The notes beneath the pieces were generated by a model, which saw nothing but the letters and a program-made list of their open reading frames with translations, was not told the origin of the DNA and did not search any database. A stretch of 64,000 nucleotides of DNA, taken from Octopus sinensis. Its lineage: Eukaryota. Position numbers and translations under genes: made by a program. Shown here piece after piece: positions 11,405-23,976 of this stretch. Every line of letters begins with the position of its first letter. Position 1 is the stretch's first letter. The stretch spans positions 201,748,001 to 201,812,000 of the forward strand of contig NC_042997.1 of assembly GCF_006345805.1 (NCBI RefSeq), written 5' to 3'.

Positions 11405-12824
11405 TTTTCATCGTAGTGTTTGCAGTTAGCTCTACTCTTTCTCCACAACTTTTGTTTATTCTGGAAATTTGAATAAATTTTATCTCTTGTCAGACATGAT
11501 CATGGAGTACCAAGTAGAGAAAAGAAAAAAAACCCAAATTGATCTCAACGCAGTACTAAAAACCTTAAATCATTTTATATTTATTGCAAGATATTTTTCC
11601 GTATTCAGTGCATCGGATAAAACGGTGAAAAAGCCACTTGTTTTGATTTTTTTTCCCACTTCGATAATATTTCTCCTTCCTAAATTACATTTAAGAGGAC
11701 TTCTCCATCTACAACTGAGATTCACTCAGTAGGATTGTTGAAGTTTTCGCTTGACATCTTGGATTCTAAACAAATAGTTTATAACATCAAAGAATTTTAT
11801 TAAAACTGTTGGGTTTTTTTTCTTTCTTTCAGCTTTAGATATCTCATTTTCAGAATTAATCCCCGAAATATATATAACCCCCCCCCCCGCTATTTTTTTT
11901 ATGTCTAGTTGAATCTATATTTCAAAGATCAACAATTTTTTTTTTTTATTAATTTGTGAAATTTGCTCAAATCCAGGAATTAAATGCTAAATCACTAGAA
12001 AAAATTGATAGGAGAGGAAAATGTTAGCCGCACTCACACGAAAAAGATTTTTTTAAATTGGCCGAAAATTTAACTATGGCCAAACATAAAAACAAAAAAA
12101 CATGGGTCGAATGTTTTATCAACTTTGGTCAAAACATTCACTGTGATGTCCGTACATGCTCGTGTGTGTCTCATACATATGCAGTTTTGTAAACGGCTTG
12201 AGTTACAAAGAAACTCAGGAGCTGCGAGTTTCGTTTATGGCATTTATGAAACTTTGATAAGTGCCATGCACGAACTCTCGACCCTTGAGTCACTTTTGTA
12301 ATTTTCTGCTGATTAAAAATAATAAAAGCTATTGTTATTGTCGGATATTCGTGAGCTAAGCCATTAAATTATTAATTCAATGGGGTCTTTTGTTATATTG
12401 AATAAAACGTCATTTCCTTCCTTCCTTTGTAACCGTACGATGCCATTATATAAATTATGTCGTCAGCGGAGTTTCAAATCACTCGTCAACCCACATCTCT
12501 TGGGGGGAAGGGAAAAGGTTATGGGAACAAAAGGCTGCAAAGAATATTTTTGAAAAATTAAAATTTTTCAAAAAAAAAAAAAAATGTTTTAAGAATTGTC
12601 ATTTCCGTTGTATGGGAGACAAGAATATTTTTAAAAAGTGGGGTAAAAATTATCGTTTTCTTTTCTCATGAGTTCTGAGGTCGCCTAATTTGAAAACACG
12701 CCATATTGTCTACTGTTATTTAATAAGCGATTTACAAACATTGTTTAATTACTATATTATTATTTACTAGTATAACTGTGTCGTCAAAAATGCCGACAGC
12801 TTATTTTATGAAAGAAAACGGCGC

Positions 12825-13217
12825 GGATCTTTTCGGTTTGAACGGCAGTTTTTAACATAATTTCTATGTAACTAAAAAAATTTAAACTTCGTATACTGGT
12901 AGAATATGTTTATAAAACATCTTTTTCTCTTGGCTTTATTGAGAAAATTCTATAGTTTTTTTTCTGCAATTTCAACCAATCAATGACGTGTTTTGAGGTA
13001 AAAAAAAAAAAAGCATTCTGTGCCGTATGAATATGTCCCTCGTTTAAGAAACAGATTGCATTTATTTACATTTGTGAAGAAAAAAAGATACCCTTCCCCC
13101 CACCCCTAACCCTAAAACAGATTGAAATGCAATAGATCGATACTAGGGTCATAATTATGGGTGACAATTTCATATGACACTGCTAGAAAAAACTGCCGTT
13201 CAAACCGAAAAAGATCC
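12825..13217. mobile_element. MITE with ~29-bp terminal inverted repeats
   Basis: ggatcttttcggtttgaacggcagttttt / aaaaactgccgttcaaaccgaaaaagatcc (1-nt indel); no clear TSD. Confidence 0.85.
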
Positions 13218-13729
13218 AACAGCGCATCAAAACAATGGGAGAAACTGTTGATAAATGTCAGCAATCGAATAAATATATGTATATACACCGAACTGAAGCA
13301 CTTGGACAATGAGATACGGTTGTAACGACTCGGTTGAAAATATATTTAGGAAGCATCCACTTTTTCATGCTAGCATTAGATTGGACAGATTTTGTAGAGC
13401 TGGGTACCATTCCTGTTGCCAACCTTCACCTGCTTCATGTCACAGCAAAAAGACAGTAAAATAAACACACACACACTCATACACATTAAGTTGATCGTTG
13501 GTGTAACTATATTTTTAGTGATCTCATGAGCTAGCTTTTCTTTATTTCCAGTGTTTGTGTATATACAATTGTATAATACAGAGCTGACATATATTAATGT
13601 AAACACGTAAGCATAATTTCTTCCGATTATGTGAAACTGCCAGAATAAATAAAATAGTAAAATTTAGGTTCCGTACAGAACCTTTTCTGCAGCTTCCATT
13701 GTGGATAAACTGAACAATTTTAGTTACTT

Positions 13730-14140
13730 AGGCAGCGAGCTGACAGAATCGTTAGCACGCCGGGCGAAATACTTAGCAGTATTTCGTCTATTACGTTCTG
13801 AGTTCAAATTCCACCGAGGTCGACTTTGCCTTTCATCTTTTCGGGGTCGATTAATTAAGTATTGTTACGCACTGGGGTCAATGTAATCGACTTAATCCCT
13901 TTGTTTGTCCTTGTTTATCTCCTCTATGTTTAGCCCCTTGCGGGATATGAAGAACTAAGTATTTCGTCTGCCAATATGTTCTGAGTTCAAATTCTGCCAA
14001 GGTCAACTTTGCCTTTCATCCTTTCAGGGTAGATTAAGTAACTACCAGTTATGCACTGGGGTTGATGTAATCGACTTAATCTCTTTGTCGGTACTTGTAT
14101 GCCCCCTCTATGTTTAGTTCCCCTGTGAGCAATAAAGAAA
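13730..14140 (+). mobile_element. SINE S2 dimer
   Basis: Second unit restarts at gtatttcgtctg near 13959. Confidence 0.85.
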
Positions 14141-14344
14141 TAAATTTTAGTTACTGATGCTGAGGAGTTGGAAACTATATACTGTGCCAAAGCACCTAAT
14201 ATCTTCCACCATTTATGTTTAAATACAGATTAGATTCATTTTCTGTAATTTTTCAATTTTGACTTGATTTTTAATTTTTAATTCAGATTTGTTTTAAACA
14301 TGAAATTGTGATTTTTCCTCTTTAAAATATCTTAATATTTATCT

Positions 14345-14555
14345 TTTACTTGTTTGTCATTGGACTGTGTCCCTGCCAGGTTTAGCTGAACAAATCACCC
14401 CCAGTACTTTTTTAAATCTGGTATTTATTCTATCAGTCTATTTTGCCAAACTGTTAATGTACGGGGATGTAAACAAACCAACATGGCTGTCAAGCAGCAG
14501 GATGGCTAAATGTAAGATAGGCACACACACACACACACACACACATTTATATATA

Positions 14556-14588
<33 letters not shown>

Positions 14589-14700
14589 AACACAATGAGG
14601 TTCCACACAGTTTCCACCTAGCAAATTAACTCACAAGGCAGTTGGTCAACCCAGGGTTATTGGTGAAGGTCCTTGTACAAAGTACTTCTTTGTGGTATCT
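14345..14700 (-). mobile_element. Diverged SINE S1
   Basis: Reverse-complement similarity to 5554-5992. Confidence 0.75.
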
Positions 14701-14709
14701 TGTAACCAT

Positions 14710-15110
14710 TTCATCTTTGGGAGTGAGACATAGTGTTTGAGGGAGAGAGAGATGGCAATTTTGAGAAGGACAGAGATCAATGGTGAGGGAAATGTGTAGC
14801 GTGAGGCACTTTGATAAGAGGAGGACTGAGGACTTGATGGGGATACAGGGGTTGGAGGAATTGGTGGAATGGTTGGCAAGGGCGAATGGAGTGTGGTGGT
14901 ATGGGCATGTGTTGAGGAGGGATGAGGAGCATGTTCTGAAGGGGGTGCTTGAGTTTGCAGTAAATGGACAGTGAAAGCAAGGTAGACCGAGGAAAATATG
15001 GAGGGGACATATAGAGGAAGAGATTGGGAGGGTTGGCTTGAGAAGGGAGAACACCCAAAACTGAACAAGATGGTGTGATGGCGGATTCAAAATAATGGAT
15101 GATGATGTAT
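14710..15110 (+). mobile_element. RTE-clade LINE 3' remnant (decayed ORF C-terminus)
   Basis: Translation FGSET*CLREREMAILRR..MVREMCSV..ARANGVWWYGHVLRRDEEHVLKGVLEF..GRPRKIW matches the RTE RT C-terminus; ends in gatgatgatg. Confidence 0.85.
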
Positions 15111-15984
15111 GTATGTAGGAGGATAATTACAGTTTAATGCTCACAGCCAGGCATAGGATTTTGTGTCATTGCAATTTTTGAAAATAAATGAATAATTTTA
15201 CCTGTACAAAAGAATCAACCAACTTATTTTCCATTTTGAAAATATTTCAGTTTTGGCGCCTTAAACACTAGAAAACCCAGCTGTAGATATTGTCATTTAT
15301 AATTATATGCAAATGTTTTGTGATATAGGTAAATATTTGTTTTAGGTACGAAACATCTAAGCAATCAAAACTTGTTAGGAAAACATTACATGGAATAGTA
15401 ATACCAAAATCCAATAAAGGAATGTTGTAAATATTATTGTCTCTGCAAGCAAGACGCCTCATTGAACTCTTGTAGATACATTGAGAATATAAGGTTACTG
15501 TTGATAATAGGTTATCAGAAGTTCTTTCAGTGTCATTCTAGTTTCTTTTAATCCTTATATATTCATTTAAAATTATTTTATTGACAATCTTTTTTTATCC
15601 ATGTATTGCATTCTTATTCAGAATCCAATTCATTGGTTTTCTCTCTCTGACTACCTGTTGCACTCCTATGAACTTAGCCACTCACTTCTCCTGATCCATA
15701 TTTCTCCATAATATCTCTTATACTCACCCAACTCCATCATGTGACATTTAGACACCCCCTGCATCTTTTTGTTTCAAGGCCCCATCCCTTCAGTCAAAAT
15801 TCATAATCTATATGCCTTTTATTCATGGCTATATTTTACTTTATTCTATTTGAAGTTCAATTTTTCGCATTATCCTAAAGAGCATCTTTTAAAGTATAAC
15901 AAATTAAATTTATTTAGGTCTATTACAAATTTCAACAAGTAAAACTACCAGATATGAATAAAAGAGCACTTTTATAATCCAGGC

Positions 15985-16100
15985 AACTTTCAAAGACAAA
16001 CACGGCGCACTTTTCGCTTCGCAAAATCATCGATCATTTCAGAATAATCAAACTGAGTTCATGTTCAATAAAAATCATAGACAATCCACAAAGTCTGGTA
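15985..16100 (-). pseudogene. hAT transposase C-terminal dimerisation-domain remnant
   Basis: Minus strand LSMIFIEHELSL/(frameshift)DYSEMIDDFAKRKVRRVCL* matches the hAT SIE...DF..RKAR motif. Confidence 0.65.
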
Positions 16101-16892
16101 CACGTTCAAAGTGCAATGTAGTATTTTTACAAGAACTTTGGCAGGTACAATGTATTAGCATTTTATTTCTTGAAATTTTCAGTTATCATAGTTTAATTCT
16201 TGTTCAACATCTTAACCAAAGTAAAAAGATGACTCATCTATGTACATTGATTTTAACATGGGGACCCTCAACCACAGAGGCCCCCTGTGACTGCAGGGGT
16301 TGCAGGGGCCTTAGCCTTGACCCTGTACTCACTTTGAGTACACTCTGACACCTTGTCAACAACATCTTCTTTCCAGCAACTCCCACCCACTTATATGAAG
16401 CAATGTATTTTTAAGCGAGACACCTATGTCTGCCTCTCTATCATAATTTAACCTCTCAACACCTGTCATAAAACTTCATCATCATCGTTTAATGTCTGCT
16501 TTCCATGCTGGCATAGGTTGGACGGTTTGACTGAGGGCTGGTGAGCCAGAGGCTGCACCAGGCTCCTATCTGAAATACACTTCCCTTTAGTTGATAAGGG
16601 TTTTTCTCTCTCTCTCTCTCTCTTTTTGTTTTGCAAGTTATTTGGTAACCTCACTAGTACTGATGTTACACTTTGTAAACCAGTTAGTATTAGGAAGGAC
16701 AGCCAGCTGTAGAAACCATACCAAAGCTGACATTGATATTTGATGCGATCCTCTGGATTTGGTCAAGCCATCCAACCCAAGCCTGCATCGAATATGGATA
16801 TTAAATGATGATACTGTTCTATATTTAAGAGATGAGGAATTATGTACATTATTTACATTTGACGGATATTTGTCCTCATCTTGTTTGTTGTT

Positions 16893-16935
16893 AACACGTT
16901 TCAGCTGATATACCCTCCAGCCTTCATCAGGTGTC
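16893..16935 (-). ncRNA. Hammerhead ribozyme motif, family H (3-nt deletion at cleavage site)
   Basis: GACAC-CUGAUGA-A-GGCUG-loop-CAGCU-GAAAC-GUGUU. Confidence 0.7.
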
Positions 16936-17157
16936 TTTGGGGAAATTTTGAACCTGGGTTCTCATTCCTAACGTATTTATCGGCGGTGGTTGTTGTTGTT
17001 CTTCAGGTCACTGCCTGGAATCAAACTCAGAATGATGGGGTTAGTAACCACTACACCATATGTGAGTTCGATTCCAGGCAGTGACCTGAATAATAATAAT
17101 AATAATAACATTGAAAAATACCTTAGGAATGAGAACCCAGGTTCAAAATTTCCCCAA

Positions 17158-17203
17158 GACACCTGATGAAGGCTGGAGGGTATATCAGCCGAAATGTTGT
17201 GTT
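17158..17203 (+). ncRNA. Minimal type I hammerhead ribozyme, family H
   Basis: GACAC-CUGAUGA-A-GGCUG-GAGGGUAUAU-CAGCC-GAAA-UG-UU-GUGUU: stem I GACAC/GUGUU, stem II GGCUG/CAGCC. Confidence 0.8.
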
Positions 17204-17681
17204 AACTACAAACAAGATAGGATGAATATCTGTCAAATGTAATTAATGTTAAATGATGATATTTATATGTTTGGATCTTAACCTCTTTAAAACAGAAAAC
17301 CCACAGATCTGTTAACAATAGATTCTAAATAGCCAAAGACAAGTGATCTAACATTGGCAGTAACCGTACAGTCATTTTAGCCATTTAAACTATCCTAAAA
17401 CGTTTTCTTATAGTATAAGTCTCCTGCATCACATATAATATTCCTTCCATGTCTCTTGCCAAAAGATTAGTCTGCCTATAATAAATGGAAGCAGTAAGTT
17501 TATTTATTCATTTATGTTTATTTTCTTCACCTGAGACAGCTGAGGCTTTGCATATCATTATTGTTTACTGCTCACACATTGGAGCTGTTAATGCTTTGGA
17601 ATAGATTTTTATGTTTAACTTACACCCACACACACACTCTCTCTCTCTCTCATATGAAGGTGCATGACCTAGTGGTTAGAG

Positions 17682-17882
17682 CAGTGCTTTTCAAACTTTT
17701 TGCTGGAGCGGAACCCCAAGGAAACATTCCACTGGCTCGGGGAACCCCTGTGCAATAATTTAATAGTTTTATGCACACATATCTGCACAGGAGACTTAAA
17801 AATTACTGCCGATTTTTGCAGTTTTGTAACTTCTTGCGGAACACCTGGACTGTACTGGCGGAACCCTGGTTGAAAACCACTG
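17682..17882. mobile_element. hAT (Charlie-like) MITE
   Basis: TIRs CAGTGCTTTTCAA / TTGAAAACCACTG; 8-bp TSD ggttagag/ggctagag; inserted in a tRNA-like SINE head. Confidence 0.9.
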
Positions 17883-18964
17883 GGCTAGAGTGTTGCACTC
17901 CTGATGATGAGAGAGTGGTTTTCATTCATAGACCCAGCAGCGCATTGTGTTCAACAGAACCCTTCATTTCATGTTACTTCAGTCCATTCAGTCATAAATG
18001 GGTCACTCTATGATGAGTCCAGAGGGAATGTTGTAATCTCAGTCACTTACCATCATCATCATCATCATCATCATCATTTTACATTTGCTTTCCATGCTGG
18101 CATGGTTTGGTCACTTTGACAGGAACTGGCATGGCTGGGGTGGGGTGGAGGCACACCAAGCTCCATTGTCTATTTCTACATAGTTTCTACATTCAGATGC
18201 TCTTCCTAATGCCAACCATTTTACAGAGTCTACATGACTGGCCCCTTTCAGCTTTTGTCTACGAAATCCACTGACAAAGTGCCATGCAACGGGACTGGAT
18301 CTGGAACCATGTGATTAGGATGCAAACTTCTTATGACACAGTCATACCAGCAGCTATGCAGTATATATTGTATATGCTTCTCAACCATATGGTTCTGAGT
18401 TCAGTCCCACTGCACGGCACCTTGGGTAAGTGTCTTCTATTGTAGCCTTGGGTCGACCAAAACCTTGTGAGTGGTTGTCTCAGGTTTTAGCCTTCAAATG
18501 ACGCCACCCCGCCGGCTAATATATATATTCCTTCCATGTCTCTTGCCAAAAGATTAGTCTGCCTATAATAAATGGAAGCAGTAGTTTATTTTCTTCACCT
18601 GAGACAACTGGTGCTTTCAATGTGACATCAGCATGGGTGATTTATACACGGCACCAGTACGGATGCTTTTTATGTGGTACCAACACAGCTTACGTGGGAG
18701 GTTTATTTAAAATATTTTCTTGTAAAACTGACAAGTCTTATTATCACTATTTACTCAGCTGCATATTTATCTCGTTACCAAGACATCTCATGCAAGAAAA
18801 ATTCGTTTAGAATTTTCATTTAATTTATTCTAATACTCTTCTTCATCCTAGTTTTCTAACAAAACAGTATTTATATGAAATAATTTTCCCTATTTTTCAC
18901 TGCACTTTCTTTGAAAAAAAACGATTTTTGAAGTCATTTCAATATATCTAAAATATTTTCTGTG

Positions 18965-19245
18965 CATGCTAACATAGATTTTGTCTGTCTGTAATTATTG
19001 CTAATTGTTAAATGTAATTTAATGTTTTGACATATATTTCTTCTCTAGAACTACATCCCAATGGAACTCACTAGATAATTATATCTATTATACAGCTTAA
19101 TCATTCTAGGTTAATTTTCATGGAATGATGTTTCTGGGAATGGAGTTTCCATGGGGATGTTATTCTAGAGAAGAAATGTATGTATTTGCTGTAGCATTAC
19201 ATTCCAATTATCAATAATTATATATGTGTCTCATATGTTGGCATG
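18965..19245. repeat. Degenerate fold-back element
   Basis: Nested IRs catgctaacata/tatgttggcatg and atttcttctctagaa..catcccaatggaactc/gagtttccatggggatg..ttctagagaagaaat. Confidence 0.7.
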
Positions 19246-19450
19246 AATACAAAATGTTAAAATTATCAATTATATAGATTAATTGTTGAGGAAACAACTA
19301 AGTTTTATGATGGAAAAGATGGCAGTACATTTTGAGATTTTTTTACTGGATGTTAATCTTCACATTGTTAATAATCCAGGGTAATTGTGAATTAAGAATT
19401 TTAGTAACCAACAAATAAAAAAATGTATTCTAAGAAAGTTAATTAACTTT

Positions 19451-19671
19451 TACAAAAAATTGCTGAAAAGTTCCTGGCTTTGAGTAAAAGAAAATAGAGG
19501 AGGATCAATTAATTATGATTTTATGCAGCATATTCCCTTCTCAGTTTCACACACTAATTGTAGCGGTCTTTCAGTCTTTCTAAGCTCTGTAAAAGAACTC
19601 AGAAGGTTAGACCTCCAACCAGGCCTGTCGCAATACCCTTAATGCCAAGAACTTTACAGCACTCTCTTGTA
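19451..19671. mobile_element. Tc1/mariner-derived MITE
   Basis: TIRs tgctgaaaagttcctggc / gccaagaactttacagca; TA at both ends. Confidence 0.75.
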
Positions 19672-19674
19672 TAG

Positions 19675-20058
19675 GTGCAAGCATGCTGTGTGGTAAGAAA
19701 TTTGCTTCCCAATGACATGGTTCCAGGTTCAGTCCCACTTCATTCACACCTTGGGTAACTTTCTTCTGCTATAGCCCCAAACCAACAAAAGCCTTGTGAG
19801 TGGATTTAGTAGACAGAAACTGAAAGAAAACCATCATATATATGCGTGTGTGGGTGTCAGTGTTTGTGTTAGCCCCACCACCACCACCACCATTTAACAA
19901 CTGATGTTGGTTTGCTTATGTCCCCATAAACAAACCAACCTATGGGATAAGTACCAGGATTGAAACAATAGTACTGGAGTTGATTTGTTCAACTAAAAAC
20001 TAGTCAAGGTGCTCTGCAAGCATGGCCACAGTTTAATGACCGAAATAAGTAGAAAAAT
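19675..20058 (+). mobile_element. CpG-decayed SINE S1
   Basis: Colinear similarity to 5554-5992. Confidence 0.85.
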
Positions 20059-20178
20059 TAACCAGATGTGTATGTCCTGCTGGAATTATTAAACTAACCT
20101 GGCCAAACTTAACTGTTGAACAGTGCATTAGTAGATAATACTATTTTTAAATCTCACGACATGAGATATTCAGCAACA

Positions 20179-20472
20179 GCACTTTGTAGTAAAGATTGTT
20201 TGCCAACATAACATGGCAGTCCTGATTTAGGACGAATGTTGCTGTAATTTAGCCCCAGGAGACATCATCTCCAGCTGGATATACAACACTATCTGTGTCT
20301 TTATATTTTCGAACAAGGGAATCTAGCACCCCCACTCAAATTCTCTTGTTCAAAAATATAAGGACACAGATAGTGTCGTATAGCCAGCTGGAGATGATGT
20401 CTCCTGGGGCTAAATTACAGCAACATTAGTCCTAAACCATGTTATGTTGGCAAACAATCTTTACTACAGAGC
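20179..20472. repeat. Long fold-back (~135-bp arms, ~17-nt spacer), family C, possibly a PLE-type inverted junction
   Basis: ttgtagtaaagattgtttgccaacataacatgg...gaacaagggaat mirrored by attctcttgttc...ccatgttatgttggcaaacaatctttactac. Confidence 0.85.
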
Positions 20473-22723
20473 GTTAGTAGTTAGATATATTGTGTAACAT
20501 TAATAATGTAAAAATGAAATGATATATGATGAATGATACATCACATCACAGTAGATGGTTGGACAGTAAAAGTTAGAAGACATGCAACAATTGGGAGGAA
20601 TAAATTGAGAATGATACATTGTGTTCTTGGTAAACTTGACAGACAAAGTTAGCACAAAGAAACAAAAAGCTCCGTTGGTTTCATGAGTATTAATTGATTT
20701 ATTCAAGAGCATTAAGTCTCGTCTAACCTAGACATATAAAGTGAATGAACAGCACAAGGATAATAGGTGCCGAAACCTTGTCAGTGAATGGTTGGGAATG
20801 TTTAAAATAAAAGGATTCAGCAAAGAGGATACACAATGAAATAGCTGGAGGTTATTTATTTGCAGGGTAGGACTCCGATATGAGATAATGCAGAATTAAG
20901 GATCAAGCAAATATATATACTTTATCAGAAATTGGTTCGGTTTTTGTTGTTCATATCAAAAAGCAGATGTTAAATCAATGTTAATGAGATCTGTTTGATT
21001 TTTTTTTTCCCGTTGTCCCTGAAGATATCCAAGTCATAATGTTACAAAACTAATTTGTTTAATCCAATTTATACAGCTATTATGTAGCATTTAACTTTAT
21101 TTGTACTGACATAAATTCCAAATCATTATTCCAAGTTATATCAATTAGCATGGCTCATATGACTCCTAGCAAACTAAAACATGTTTTTTATGTAATATAA
21201 AATATCCAAATAGCTTTTTAGGTTCATTGTTCTGTAGTAGCCAAACTCTTTTGTTATATGGTATGTGTATAAATCATCTGATAAAGTATTTTACTACAGG
21301 ACAGCAGAATCTTGGGGTGAGTTTGGGATGGTGATGGATAGAATGTCTATAAGAAGCTAAAATGTTTATGGTGTATAAGTTGAAATGTTAATGCCATCCA
21401 GCAAGCAGTTCCCAAACTGTTTTTTTAACCCACAACACACTTAAGACCATATAGGAATAATTTGGTGTTCATTGTGCATAGTAGTCTAAAGCAAGTGGCT
21501 CTCAGCGTTTTCAGTATCCAGGTCAGAGCCAAAACCTGGATGATTTTTAGGAGCTCTGCAATAATGAAAGTAATACACAAATCAATTAAAGAAAAATTTA
21601 TTGATGGAAGATCAACCATCGGCAGGCTTCATCATCATTTTTTTTGCGTCTGTTTTCCATGCAGTCATGGGTCGGACAGTTTGACTTAGGTCTGGAAAGC
21701 TAGTGGCTGCACCAGACTCCAATCTGATCTGGCAATGTTTCTACAGCTGGATGCTCTTCCTAATGCCAACCACTCTGAGAGCCATTCAGGTGGCACTGGC
21801 ATTGATCATGTTCAAATAGTGCTTTTTATGTGCCACTGGCATGGGAGCCAGTCATGGGCACTGTACCTGCCCCACCCTCAAACTTTCAGCATGAAATCCA
21901 GCCATATCTGGCCCAAATATTCTGCTTTATGTTCAAACTGAGCAGATCCTGCTTCTCAAGCCTACCCTACAATGTCATTTTGAAAATACGCAATCGTATC
22001 ATCAAAATCTCCCTGAATAAACAAACATTTGACAGAGTAATCGGAATGCTAAAGTGTTAACTACAATTTACAGTACATCCACTATCCATGGCACATCATT
22101 TGGGAACCATGGTATATGGTATAGATTAACCATATGATATCTGATTACTTGTAAAAGATTCTCTGTGTCTAACAGAGACAATTGATTAATTTACGTCATG
22201 GAAACAGTTGTTAAAATATCGATTTCTAACTTTGGCACTCCACCATAATTTGCAGTAAAGTACAATCAATTTAATTGATTCCAGCATGTTTTATTGAATC
22301 CAAGAAGGACGAAATGCAAAGCTGACCTATGCTGGATTTGAAAACAAATGCTGAAGGGCAATAAAGTACACAGAACAAGGCATTTTCTCTGACTTGCTAT
22401 CAGTTCAATCCATAAATCATTGAGAAAGGAATGTAATAAAACATCTGCATTTAAAAAAAAAAATATATAAGTATATTTGTATATATGTTGTAAATCAGAT
22501 GCTGATGGATCATAAACTAAATATAGTAAAGTATTTATCTTGCACTCTTTTGATTCTACCAATAAAATTTTGAGAGGGAAAATAATAAAATATTTATATT
22601 ATATTTTAAATATAAAAGTTTGCATTTATGTTTTAGGAACCAATGGTTCTCTATACAATTTTATCTGCCAAAACTTTTCTCTATCTATGAAAATTATGTT
22701 ATGCAATATGTACGCAACAAAGG

Positions 22724-23155
22724 AGGCAAGCTGGCAGAAATGTTAGCACGCCGGGCGAAATGCTTAGCAGTATTTCGTCTGTCTTTACATTCTGAGTTCA
22801 AATTCCGCCGAGGTCGACTTTGCCTTTCATCATTTTCGGGTCAATTTAATAAGTACCAGTTACGCACTGGGTCAATGTAATCGACTTAATCCCTTTGTTT
22901 GTCCTTGTTTGTCTCCTCTATGTTTAGCCCCTTGTGGGCAATAAAGAAATAAGAAACGTTAGCATGCCGGGTGAAATGCTTAGCAGTATTTCATCTGTCT
23001 TTACATTCTGAGTTCAAATTCCGCCAAGGTTGACTTTAACCTTTCTTCCTTTCAGGGTTGATGAATTAAGTACCAGTTGCATACTGGAGTTGATCAATTC
23101 GACTGGCCCTGCCTCCCCAAAAATTTCGGGCTTTGTGCCTAAAGTAGAAAAGAAT
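22724..23155 (+). mobile_element. SINE S2 dimer with two different tails
   Basis: Unit 1 tail ttaatccctttg..aaagaaata; unit 2 tail ggccctgcctccccaaaaatttcgggctttgtgcctaaagtagaaaagaat. Confidence 0.85.
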
Positions 23156-23976
23156 ATGTATGCAAGGAACAGTTATAGATGTATCTCTTACTTATTTCAG
23201 TCAGTGGACTGTGGCCATGCTGGGGCACTGCCTCAAAGGGTTTTAGTTGAATAAATCGACAAATGTCTGGTATTTATTCTATTGGTCTCTTTTGCTGAAC
23301 CATCAAATTATGGGGATTTCTGTATTTTTTTCAACTGTCTACAAACACAGCCAGGCTGAAATAATTGATGCATTCTTCCAGGAGTGAATAAAAAATGTTC
23401 AAGCTTGAGGGGATGGGCCCCCTTAGATACTAACATGGGCTTCCATATATGCATTCTAATGGCACAGGGGCCCACATGTCATTGGGCAAGCTTGCAACCT
23501 GGCCAGTCTGCCACTGGCGATGATAGTCAAGTTGATCCAATCAATGGAACAGTCTTCTTGTGAAATTAATGTGTATATGGTCGGGCACTCCACTGACATG
23601 CATGTCCTTAATGTACTTCTTGGGGAACTACACCATGAGACAGAATGTGACAACACTGGCCCTTTGCAATACAGGTGTTACTCATTTTCGCCAACTAAGC
23701 GAGCTGGAACAACTTGAAATAAAGTGTCTTGCTCAAGTACACAACATGATCCCTTCTATTACAGGGACGTGGCTTGGAATTTTGGGGAAGCAGGGGCCAG
23801 TCAATTGACCTCAGTACTTGACTGGTACTTATTTTATCAACCCTGGAATGGTTGATGAAAGACAAAGTCAACTTTGGTGGAATTTCAACTGAGAACATAC
23901 CAACAGATAAAATGCTGCTAAGCATTGTGCCTAGTGTGGTGATGATTCTGGCAGCTCTCTGCCTTAGAACAAATAT

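Larger units (their letters stand above)
16814..17248. mobile_element. Inverted (head-to-head) pair of hammerhead-bearing SINE family H
   Basis: ~190-bp arms; B box GTTCGATTCC at 17066-17075; 13-bp direct repeat ttaaatgatgata at 16801-16813 and 17249-17261. Confidence 0.85.

Noticed and set aside
15994-16144. Open plus-strand exon candidate ATFKDKHG...ELWQ
   Set aside because: Better explained as the antisense of the hAT transposase remnant
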